DNA from: the human T2T-CHM13v2.0 reference genome, Homo sapiens
Assembly: GCF_009914755.1 (NCBI RefSeq)
Contig: NC_060936.1
Length of the DNA: 64,000 nucleotides
Direction: 5' to 3' (one strand)
Shown: piece by piece, positions 26,757 to 37,857 of the stretch
How the letters are laid out: each line of letters opens with the position of its first letter
How positions within the stretch are numbered: the first letter of the stretch is position 1
Translations under genes and position numbers: made by a program
Notes under the pieces: generated by a model
What the model saw: only the letters and a program-made list of their open reading frames with translations
What the model was told of the DNA's origin: nothing
The model's database searches: none

Positions 26757-29700
26757 AGGGGACCAGGCTCAAGCACTCCCAAGGAGCCCATGGTCAGGAT
26801 TACAATTGGGGGCAAGGACATTAGGTTTTTGGTCGATACTGGTGCTGAACATTCAGTAGTGACCATCCCGGCCACCCCCTTATCCAAGAAAACCATTGAT
26901 ATAATGGGAGCAACAGGAGTTTCCACTAAGCAGACAGTCTACCATGGACCTGCTTGGTGGGGGGACATGAAATAGTTCACCAGTTCTTGTACATGCCTGA
27001 CTGTCCCTTGCCCTTGCTGGGAAGAGACTGGCTTAGCAAGTTGAGAGCCACCATCTCCTTTACAAAACAGGGCTCTTTACAGCTAAAGTTACCGGGAACA
27101 GGAGTTGTCATGGCTCTTATGGTCCCCCGGGAAGAAGAATGGAGACTTTTTCTAACCGAGCCAGGCCAAGAGATAAAACCAGCTCTAGCTAAGTGATGGC
27201 CTTGAGTATGGGCAGAGGATAATGCTCCGGGACTGGCGGTCAACCAATCCCCCGTATTCATAGAAGTTAAGCCTGGGGCCCAACCAATTAGACAAAAGCA
27301 GTATCCGGTTCCCAGAGAAGCTCTTGAAAGAATCCAGGTTCATCTCAGGCGCTTGAAAGCCTATGGAATTACAGTTCCTTGCCAGTCTCCATGGAACATC
27401 CCCCTCCTGCCTGTCCCTAAGCCAGGGACCAAGGACTACCGACCAGTACAGGACTTGCACTTGGTCAACTAAGCTACAGTGACTCTGCACCCAACAGTTC
27501 CTAACCGTTACACATTGTTAGGGCTGCTGCCGGCTGAGGATAGCTGGTTTACCTGTCTGGACTTAAAAGATGCCTTCTTTAGCATCAGAATAGCTCCCCA
27601 GAGCCAGAAGCTGTTTGCCTTTCAGTGGGAAGATCCGGAGTCAGGTGTCACTACTCAGTACACTTGGACCTGGCTTCCCCAAGGGTTCAAGAACTCCACT
27701 ACTATCTTCAGGGAGGCCCTGGCTTGAGACCTGCAAAAGTTTCCTGCTAAAGAGCTAGGTTGTCTTGCTCCCGTACGGGGACGACTTTCTGCTGGGACAC
27801 TCCACAGCAGTCTGGTGCGCAAAAGGGACGGATGCCCTGCTTTGGCACCTGGAGGACTGTGGGTATAAGGTGTCCAAGAAGAAAGCTCAGATCTGCAGAC
27901 AGCAGGTACGCTACCTGGGATTCACTATTCGGAAAGGGGAGCACAGCCTGGGATCAGAAAGAAAGCAGGTCGTCTACAGCCTACCAGAACCTACAACCAG
28001 AAGGCTAGTAAGGGAATTCCTAGGAGCTGTGGGGTTTTGCAGATTATGGATTCCAAACTTTGCACTGCTAGCCAAACCTTTGTATGGGGTTACAAAGGGG
28101 GGCGACTGGGAGCCCTTTGAATGGGGGCCTCTACAACAGCAAGCCTTTTGTAAGTTAAAGGAAAAACTTATGTTGGCCCCAGCCCTAGGACTACCAGATT
28201 TGACAAAGCCCTTTACAATCTGTGTGCCAGAAAGAGAAAAAATGGCAGTTGGAGTTTTAATCCAGACTGTGGGGCCCTGGCCAAGGCCAGTGGCCTCTCA
28301 AAACAACTACATGGGGTTTTCAAAGGCTGGCCACCATGTCTAAGGGCCCTGGAAGCAACAGCCCTGTTAGCACAAGCAGATAAACCCTTGGGCAAAACCG
28401 GAATATAAAGGCCCCCCCATGCTGTGGTAACTTTGATGAATATCAAAGGACATCATTGGCTAACAAATGCTAGATTAACCAAGTACCAAAGCTTGCTAAG
28501 TGAAAATCCCCACATAACCACTGAAGTCTGTAACACCCTAAATCCCGCCACCCTGCTCCCAGTATCAGAGAGCCCAGTCGAGCATAGCTGTGTAGAGGTG
28601 TTGGACTCAGTCTATTCTAGCAGACCTGACCCTCGGGACCAGCCATGGGCATCAGTAGACTGGGAGTCATACGTAGACGGAAACAGCTTCATCAACTCAC
28701 AAGGAGAAAGATGTGCAGGATATGCGGTGGTAACTTTAGATGCTGTCATTGAAGTCAAACTGCTGCCACAGGGCACTTCAGCCCAGAAGGCTGAGCTCAC
28801 TGCTTTAACTCGGGCTGTAGAACTCAGTGAAGGTTAAGACTGTAAACATCTACACTGACTCTCGAAATGACTTTCCAACCCTCCAAGTGCATGGAGCATT
28901 ATATAAGGAAAAGGGCCTGTTAAACTCTGGGGGAAAGGACATAAAATATCAACAGAAATTCTACAATTACTGGAGGCAGTGTGGAAACCTCAGAAGGTGG
29001 CAGTCATGCACTGCAGGGGAAACCAGCGAGCCTCCACCTCAGTGGCATTAGGAAACTCTCAAGCTGATTCAGAAGCTCGAAAAGCAGCATCTACCCCTTA
29101 CTGGGCATCGATAGCAGCCCCCTTACTCCCTCAAACACCTGACCCGGTACCTACCTATTCTAAAGAAGAAAAAGACTTCTTCCATGCAGACGGGAGGCAA
29201 ATAATAAAAGGAGGATGGATCAGACTGCCAGATGGGAGAGTAGCTGTGCCGCAGTTGCTGGGAGCCACAATCATATTGGCCATGCACGAAACCACTCATC
29301 TAGGTCAAGAGTCATTTGAAAAATTGTTAGGCTAGTACTTCTACATCTCACACTTGCCAACCTTTGCCAGAGCAGTAGCACAACGGTGCGTTACTTGCCG
29401 ACAGCATAATGCGAGGCGAGGCCCCACTCTTCCACCTGGCATACAAGCTTACAGAATGGCTCCTTTTGAGGATCTTCAAGTGGATTTCACAGAAATGCCA
29501 AAATGTGGAGGTAACAAGTATTTGCTGGTTCTTGTGTGTACTTACTCTGGGTGGGTGGAGGCTTATCCAACACGAACTGAAAAGGCCTATGAGGTAACCC
29601 GTGTGCTTCTCCGAGATCTTATTCCTAGGTTTGGACTGCCCTTACTAATCAGCTCAGATAACAGACCGGCATTTGTGGGTGACTTGGTACAGAAGAGAGC

Positions 29701-30330
29701 AAAGGCATTAGGAATCACTTGGAAGCTACATGCCACCTACCGACCTCAGAGTTCCAGAAAGGTGAAGCAAATAAATTGGACTATCAAAAATAATTTAGGG
29801 AAAGTATGTCAGGAAACAGGATTAAAGTGGATAAGGCCCTTCCTCTGGTATTGTTTAAAATTAGATGCACTCCTTCTAAGAAAACAAGATACTCCCCTTA
29901 TGAAATACTGTATCATAGGCTTCCTCCTATACTACAGGGGCTTCCAGGCACTCCCCGAGAGTTAGGTGAAATTGAATTACAGTGACAGCTACAGGCTTTA
30001 GGAAAAATTACACAAACAATCTCAACTTGGGTAAATGAGAGGTGTCCCATCAGCTTATTCTCCCCAGTTCACCCCTTCTCTCCAGGCGATCACGTGTGGA
30101 TCAAGGACTGGAACGTAGCCCCTTTGCAGCCATGGTGGAAAGGACCTCAGATCGTCATCCTGACCATCCCCACGGCTGTAAAGGTAGAAGGAATCCCAGC
30201 CTGGATCCACCACAGCCATGTGAAACCTGCAGCTGCTGAAACCTGGGAGGCAAAACCGAGCCGGGACAACCCCTGCAAAGTGACTCTCAGGAGGATGAAA
30301 AGCCCTGCTCCAGTCACACCCGGAAGCTGA
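26757..30330 (+). pseudogene. pol: HERV-E pro-pol, disrupted
   Basis: Protease FLVDTGAEHSV; [18 protein letters not shown] and YGDD (degenerate YxDD); RNase H YVDG and SAQKAEL; integrase HETTH/CVTC, QVDFTEM, SDN; C-terminal WIHHSHVK. Split over many ORF fragments. Confidence 0.93.
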
Positions 30331-30354
30331 CTGGTCTCTACGCATGGCCGAAGC

Positions 30355-32412
30355 ATGAGGAAGATCATCGTGGGACTCATTTTCCTTATAATTTGGACTT
30401 GTATAGTAAAAACTTCCACTGATTTTCCCCGCACGGAGGACTGTTCTCAGTGTATACATCAGGTTACCGAGGTAGGGCAACAAGTTAAAACAATCTTTCT
30501 GTTCTATAGTTACTATGAATGCCTAGGAACTTTAAGAAGAACATGTTTATATAATGACATTCAGTACAAGGTATGTAGCCCAGGAAACGACTGCCCAGAT
30601 GTGTGTTATGATCCCTCCGAGCCTCCCATGTCCACAGTTTTTGAAATAAGATTAAGGACTGAAGACTGGTGGGGACTCATAAATGATACAAGTAAAGTAT
30701 TAGCCAGAACAGAAGAAAAAGGGGTGCCCAAACGCATAATCTTGAAATTTGATGCCTGTGCTGTCATTAATAGCAATAAGTTAGGAAGGGGGTGTGGCTC
30801 TTTTAGTTGGGAAAAAGGCTATATGACTGAAAATAAGTACATTTGTCATGAATTAGGACTGTGTGGAAATGAATGTGGATACTGGTCTTGTGTCACTGGG
30901 CCACTTGGATAAAAAATGAAAAGGATCCAGTTCACCTTCAGAAAGGAAAAAATGGCCCTTCCTGTACTAAGGGATAATGTACCCCTTAGAGCTAGTAATA
31001 ACCAATGCCCTTGATCCTTGCTGGAAAAAAGGGAAGCATGTAAACTTAGGAATCGACGGGGCCGGACTGGATCCTCGAGTAAATATCTTAGTTCCAGGAG
31101 AAGTTTACAAACGCTCTCCTGAGCCAGTGTTTCAAACTTTCTATGATGAACTAAATGTGCCATCACCAGAAATTCCAGGAAAAACAAGAAATTTGTTTTT
31201 GCAATTAGCCAAGCATGTGGCCCGGTCTCTCAATGTCACTTCATGTTATGTATGTGGAGGAACTGTAATGGGAGATCAATGGCCATGGGAAGCCCGAGAA
31301 TTAGTACCTACAGACTCAGTTCCTGATGAATTCCCAGCTCAAAAGAATCACCCTGATAATTTCTAGGCCCTAAAAGCCTCAATTATTGGACAATATTGCA
31401 TAGCTACAGAAGGAAAATAATTCACTAATCCCATCGGACGACTTAGTTTTCTGGGACAGAAACTGTATAATAGTACCACAAAAACAGTCACTTGGTGGAG
31501 TTCAAATCACACAGAGAGGAATCTATTTAATAAATTCCCAAGTTGCAAACCATATGGACCCACCCGGAGTCCCAACGGGACTGGACAGTCCCCACTGGAT
31601 CATACTGGATATGTAGGCATAGAGCTTATGCCAAATTACCCGACCAGCGGGCAGGTAGTTGTGTTATTGGCACTATTAAACCATATTTCTTCTTACTGCC
31701 CATAAAAACAGGCGAACTCCTGGGCTTCCCTGTCTATGCTTCCCGCGAAAAGAGAAGCATAGCTACAGGAAATTGGAAAGATGATGAATGGCCCCCTTAG
31801 AGAATCATACAATATTATGGGCCTGCTACTTGGGCACAAGATGGCTCGTGGGGGTACCAGACCCCCATTTACATGATCAACCGAATCATACAGTTACAAG
31901 CTGTCTTAGAAATAATCACTAATAAAACCAGCAAAGCCTTGACTATTCTGGCCCAGCAAGAAACTCAGATGAGAAATGCTATCTATCAAAATGGATTTAC
32001 TCTAGACTACTTGCTAGCAGCTGAAGGAGGGGTCTGTGGGAAATTTAACCTTACTAATTGCTGTCTACACATAAATGATGAAGGGCAAGTAGTTGAAGAC
32101 ATAGAGATATGACAAAACTGGCATATGTGTCCATGCAAGTGTGGCATGGATTTAATCCTGGGGCCCTGTTGGGAAAATGGTTCCCAGTGCTAGGAGGATT
32201 TAAAACTCTTATAATAGGAGTTACAATAGTAATAGGAACCTGCTTACTGCTCCCTTGTTTGCTACCTGTACTTCTTCAAATGATAAAAAGCTTCACTGCT
32301 ACCTTAGTTCGTCAAAATGCTTCAGCACAAGTGTACTATATGAATCACTATTGATCTGTCTGGCAAGAAGACATGGGTAGCGAGAATGAAAGTGAGAACT
32401 CCCACTACTGAG
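30355..32412 (+). pseudogene. env: HERV-E env, disrupted
   Basis: Signal peptide MRKIIVGLIFLIIWTC; CYVC (CxxC); furin site REKR; ISD-like [18 protein letters not shown] with CX6CC-type motif; TM segment LIIGVTIVIGTCLLLPCLL. Several frameshifts and stops. Confidence 0.92.
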
Positions 32413-32434
32413 TGAGATTCTCAAAGGAGGGGAA

Positions 32435-32867
32435 TAAGGGAGGAGACCACCCCTCATATTGTCTTATGCCCTCCAAAGAAAGAAGAAGTAAAAACTAAAA
32501 GGCAGAAATGAAATCCACAAGCAGAGAGCCCGGCGCCACACCCTGGGCCTGGTAGTTAAAGATCGATCCCTGACCTAATCGGTTATTTGATTAAGAAAAG
32601 CACTGTGAAGATCCCTGTCCTGTTCTGTTCCGTTCTGATTACCAGTGCATGTAGCCCCCAGTCACGTACTCCCTGCTTGCTCAATTGATCACAACCTTCT
32701 AACGCGGACCCCCTTAGAGTTGTGAGTCCTTAAGAGGGACAGGAATTGCTCACTCGGGGAGCTTGATTGTTGGAGACTTGAGTGATGCTGAATTTCCTGG
32801 CCGAATAAAGCCCTTCCTTCTTTAACTCAGTGTCTGAGGGGTTTTGTCTGTGGCTTGTCCTGCTACA
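32435..32867 (+). mobile_element. HERV-E 3' LTR (LTR2 family)
   Basis: taagggaggagacc...gtcctgctaca, after the PPT; contains AATAAA. Confidence 0.93.
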
Positions 32868-34796
32868 AAACAATAGAACAATGACATTGAAATGTTGTGT
32901 GTAATATCCTATATTTTAGTATCTTATGGTAAAGAAGTTTCTAATATTTGCTTTTTTAAAACAAATTTAAAAGGCACAAACTAGGGTAGAATATTTCTGA
33001 TAACAAAACTACTACTTTTGTGGTTTTATGATATGCATTCTTTGACTTTCTTGGAAGTATCCTCTGTACTTGTCCACTCTTTAAAGAACCACAGAATTTT
33101 ACCCTTACTGATGAATTGAAAATACATAGAAAATAAATTGGCATTTGTTTAGGATTCCCCCCAAACTCCATACCCTTAGAAGAAACTAGTGAGGAAAATA
33201 GTCTCAGTTAAAAAGAACTTGAATTTTACAGCAAATTTAATCTTGGAAATCTCCCTCCATACGAAGCAAGAGAACAAAGAAAAAATATTTACAATATAAG
33301 AATATCTATATATTTGAATACCTGGAGGACAAGATTGCCCTGATGTGGATAGGTCTGTAGAAGACCCTGAATTGGTTTCTAGCTGTTCAGCAAGCTGCAA
33401 TTGGTGGCCGCATTATTATTGTGAATATTCTTATGAAACCAACAGTAACTAGGTCACAGTATGCCAGTTGTGAGCCATCCTGTTTGCAGGGTTGTTTGAA
33501 AAAGAAAACTTTTATTGTTACTGTTTAGAAAAGGCACATTCTATTTGAGCCCTTTCAAACAGGGGTCCAAAGCAATTCAGCTATTTTTTAGGCCACAAAG
33601 CAATGAGTATAAGAAGGAAGAAAAGGCTTTTAAGGAAAAATAATGAATCCATATGCCACATAATGAAAGTTAGCTGCTCTTTCAATGGCATCTCTCTGTC
33701 ATTTGCCAGTTTTAATCCCTTTTTCTATGTTGGCAAGAATAGAAGCAGGAACACAAGATGACAGTCTGGGTCAGTCATTATCGTGTTCATGCCAGGTACT
33801 CAGCCTGTTATCTGACTCTAAGATGACACAAAGCACCCTGAAAATGTTCCAAATATGGTTGGATTCCATCTTCCACACTTCTTTTGCATCTCTTAATGGT
33901 AGTGTGAAGTCTCAGTAGAAATAACAAGAAACATACCTTTTCTTAACATACATATCATCCAGATATTTAAAATCCATTAACTCTTTTAAATGATAGAATT
34001 TTAATGAAGACATTTACATTAAGCCTACTTGATTAGGTTTTCATATTTTTATGCATACTGGCAATGTATACTAAAATAAATGTATGTTTATTATTTTAGT
34101 GGTGACATTTTTCTGAATACCGTTCCACTATCCTCCAATTAACATTCATCTGGTTGTAGCACTTGGGAACTTCCAGTTTCACCTCTGATGGGTAAGGAGC
34201 TTGCAAGTCACTATTCCCATGCTTACAACAAGAAAAAAAGGCTGAACAAGCAGAAAATAAAAGGCTGTTTTGAACCCATCAGAGAATTGAGGCCACAGGG
34301 CAAACTACAGTACTGAAATTTGAAATAGGTGAATTCAGAGAATCACAGCAGAGCTCTGCTTACTTGGAACAGAAGCCACTGCAGCCATAACCTAGTAGTA
34401 ATATTCCAGTGGTGACTTTGACAGATTGTGGAAGGCTGAGTGGAATAACAGTATGAGAGTGAGAACTCCTGGGTGATGCAGATTCAGGAGGGTCTCAAGA
34501 CTTTTGTGAATTTCACCTCCAGGAACCCCACCAGTTCCTCAGTGGGGAACCCCTGAGATAACCCCACCAGTTATCTCAGTGAAAATACAGTAAAGATCCC
34601 TATGGCCACAGCAGAAGGGAAAAGTAACCATCCTAAAATCCTGTAGTCTTCTTCGTAACAAAGGGCTCAGCTGATCTGGAGGAAAAGTTAACTGTCCTAT
34701 TCTAGTCCCTTCTAACCTGGCTGTTTTACACAAGTGAAGAAAAAGAGAGTTTAAAAAATATCTGTGAAGGTTTAAAGTCCAAGGACATGGTGCCTC

Positions 34797-35283
34797 CAAA
34801 CAGAATAAAGTTAAAAAACTAAAACCTGAATTTCCTATATACACACCTTTAGAAAGTATATAGATTCACTCTTATGATCATGGAACTTCTATAGAAGAAA
34901 TTGAGGAACAAATGGATGATTGGTTGGAAAACAGGAACTGAACACAGAAGAAAAAATGCACCTGAATGGACAGAAGAGGACCTCAGCCAACTGATAAGAA
35001 GTATGGTTAAGTTCCCAGGAGGGACTCCAGGTCGATGGGAAAAGATTGCCCACGAATTGGGTCGATCTGTGACACATACTTACCCAAGGGAGACTGATTC
35101 CGTGTCTGCAATAGATATTTTTTCCTTTTATCCTGGAAGTGGAAAACCTGACATTATGAAGTGGTGTTTTTTCTGTTTTTTGGGGTTTTTTTTTTGGCCA
35201 AGTATTAGTTCTGTTTTCATAATAACAAAGGTACCTTGGAAATAAATATGTAATAAATCTAAACTTCTGTTGTACAAAAAAAA
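34797..35283 (+). pseudogene. DNAJC1: 5'-truncated processed retrocopy of DNAJC1 (SANT1 region) joined to a non-CDS polyadenylated 3' segment
   Basis: Translates KVKKLKPEFPIYTPLE..SYDHGTSIEEIEEQMDDWLENRN*TQKK / APEWTEEDLSQLIRSMVKFPGGTPGRWEKIAHELGRSVT, matching recalled DNAJC1, with stops and a frameshift. Similarity ends at ~35077. AATAAA at 35241 and 35252, then an A-tract at 35276-35283. Confidence 0.85.
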
Positions 35284-35621
35284 GACTGATAAATAATAAA
35301 ATTATAGAATGCTCCCCTTCCCAAAACTTTACCTCCACAACATCAGTGGGGCCATAAACAATAGTGGGTTGCAGCTGAAACTGCTGAAAGACAAAGACTC
35401 AATTCAAGGAGTTCTTAGGAAACCCAAAAGAAAACAGGAAATATTAAAAATAAGGACAACTAGATCAATTGGAAGACTGCCAACTACAACCACAGTAAAC
35501 ATTAAACATAGCCCAATTCCTAGCAAGTTTAACATAAAAATTCACACTATGTGACTATTACATTTGGAGATTTCAACACACTCTTTCAGTAATTAACATA
35601 TTCAACAGGTACAAAATCAAG

Positions 35622-35991
35622 TGTGGTGGTTAACACTGAGTGTCAACGTGATGGGATTGAAGGATACAAAGTATTGATCTCGGATGTGTTTCTAAGGTTG
35701 TTGCCAAAAGAGATTAATATTTGAGTCAGTGGGCTAGGGAAGGCAGATCCACCCTTAATCTGGTGGGCACAATCTAATCAGCTGCCAGTGGATATAAAGC
35801 AGGCAGAAAAACGTGAAAAAGAGAGCTGGGCCTAGCTCCCCAGCCTACATCTTTCTCCTGAGCTAGAACCTTCCTGTCCTTGAACACTGGACCCCAAGTT
35901 CTTCAGTTTTGAGACTTAGACTGGCTCTCCTTCCTCCTCAGCTTGCAGACAGCCTATTGTGGGACTTTGTAATCATGTAAGTCAATACATA

Positions 35992-36050
<59 letters not shown>

Positions 36051-36087
36051 TATTAGTTCTGTTTCTCTAAAAGAACACTGACTAATA
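35622..36087 (+). mobile_element. HERV-L 5' LTR (MLT2A1-like), containing a (TG)n(TA)n microsatellite at ~35991-36047
   Basis: tgtggtggttaacactgagtgtcaac...gaaggatacaaagtattgatc...ctgactaata; repeat of 41797-42276. Confidence 0.9.
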
Positions 36088-36092
36088 GATTT

Positions 36093-36110
36093 TGGTACCA
36101 GGAGTGGTTC
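36093..36110 (+). promoter_or_regulatory. HERV-L primer binding site (tRNA-Leu type)
   Basis: TGGTACCAGGAGTGGTTC just after the 5' LTR. Confidence 0.7.
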
Positions 36111-36175
36111 TAGAGGAAAAGAATATTAAGGATTGAGTTCTTTTGGGTTTGAGTTTCTAGAGTTGGTTGCTTAAT

Positions 36176-37857
36176 ATGATTAGACCCAAAATGCTAAGGA
36201 CTCTACTTCTAATACTATGAAGAACACTGATAGTCCTTTGCATGAACTGTTTAGAGAGTTACACAAAATAAATGCATTTGACACTCCTGATTCACTGCTC
36301 ATGAGAGGCATAGAGTTTAGTGACTCTATACATAATACTTTTGACCATATGTGGAGAAACAAGGAACATAATGGAGCTGGTTGGTTGCTCCTAAGTTCAC
36401 TGGAAAAAGTGATGAAAGAAAATGAAGAACTCAGGGATTCTGTCTCCTGGCTTCAGAAGCAGATACTGAGCCTCAAAACTGCTAAGATTGCCCTGATTAA
36501 GAGTTTTATCTCCTGTAGAGAAAGAGCTGAAATTGTGGAAAAACAGACAAAAGCTCTTTATCATGCGAGTTGCTGATCTGCAACAAAAGATGAATGCACA
36601 GCCTTACCAGGTGTCTACTGTTAAAATGAGGGCATTGATTGGAAAAGAATGGGACCCTGCAACTTGTAATGGGGATGTGTGGGAGGACCCTGATGAAGGT
36701 GGGGACACTGAGTTTGTAAACTTTGATGAACCTTTTCTGCCAGAAGGAACACCTTCCTCCTCCCCAGTAGTGGCAACATCCCCTCCCTGACCCATGCTGC
36801 CATCAGCCTCTCCACATTTGTCTGAGGAGATAAACCCTGTGCTGCCTAAGGCAACAGTGATGACTCCCCTGAGGCAGTTGCCAGGCAAGATAATGTTGAT
36901 TCTCCTCAGAATCCATCCCCAACACCCCTGTTTGTTTCTAGACCTATAACTAGGCTAAAATCTCAGCGGGCCCCTAGAGGTGAGGTTGAGTGTGTGACCC
37001 AGGAGGAGGTGGAGTACCCTAAAAAAAACTGTTTGAGTTCTCTAATTTATATAAAGAGCAATCTGGAGAACAGCCATGGGAATGGATATTAAAGGTATGG
37101 GATAATGGTGGAAGAAACAGAGTAGGATCAGGCTAAATTTATTGATTTGGGCCCGCTAAGTAGGGATTCTGCATTTAATGTTGCAGCTTGGGAAGTTGAA
37201 AAGGGTTCTAATAGTTTATTTGCTTGGATAGCTGAAATGTGGATTAAATGATGGCCCAATGTGAGCAAGCTGGAAATGCCTGATCTCCCTTGGGTTAATG
37301 TAGAGGAAGGGATTCAAAGACTTAGGGAGATTGTGATGGTGGAGTGGATTAGTCACTTTAGGCCTACTCATCCCAGCTTGGAGAATCTAGAAGATATAGC
37401 CTTGACCAATGTCTTGCAAAATAGATTTGTGAGGGCAGAACCTGCATCTTTGAAGAGCCCTGTAATTGCTCTTCTCTGTATGTCAGATCTAACGGTGGGA
37501 ACCACAGTCACTCAACTACAACATTTAAATACAATGGGAGTAATTGGATCCCAAGATGGCAGGGACCAAGTGGCAGCACTCAACCATCAAAAGCAAGGTG
37601 GGTGTAGTTACAGTAATGAAAAGCAGAGGCAAAACGACAATCAGAATAATCTGACTCGCATAGAGCTCTGGCATTGGCTAATTAATCAGAGTGAAATTGA
37701 TAGGAAGCCTACAGCATTCCTACTTAAATTATACAAACAGAAAACTTCTAAGTGGAATGAGCAAAAGACTAATTTGCATTATAAAAACAGGGGATCACAG
37801 CCCCTCAATCAATTTCCAGACTTGAGCCAGTTTACAGACCCAGAATCCCTTGAATGA
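36176..37857 (+). pseudogene. gag: HERV-L gag, disrupted
   Basis: ORF fragments NTDSPLHELFRELHKINAFDTPDS, VKMRALIGKEWDPATCNGDVWEDP, LEMPDLPWVNVEEGIQRLRE, PLNQFPDLSQFTDPE. Confidence 0.88.

Larger units (their letters stand above)
24156..32867 (+). mobile_element. Full-length decayed HERV-E provirus (gammaretrovirus-like)
   Basis: Two homologous LTRs, 4-bp TSD AAAC (24152-24155 / 32868-32871), tRNA-Glu PBS, gag-pro-pol-env remnants in order, and a PPT (aaaggaggggaa) before the 3' LTR. Confidence 0.95.

Noticed and set aside
30355-32412. Co-opted (syncytin-like) intact env
   Set aside because: It is broken into at least five fragments by frameshifts and stops; the longest is 185 aa.
35076-35110. 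ATACTTACC...AGGGAGA resembling the U1 snRNA 5' end at the DNAJC1 junction
   Set aside because: Only 9 nt match exactly and similarity does not continue through the U1 body. It is equally the reverse complement of a splice-donor-like motif, or chance.
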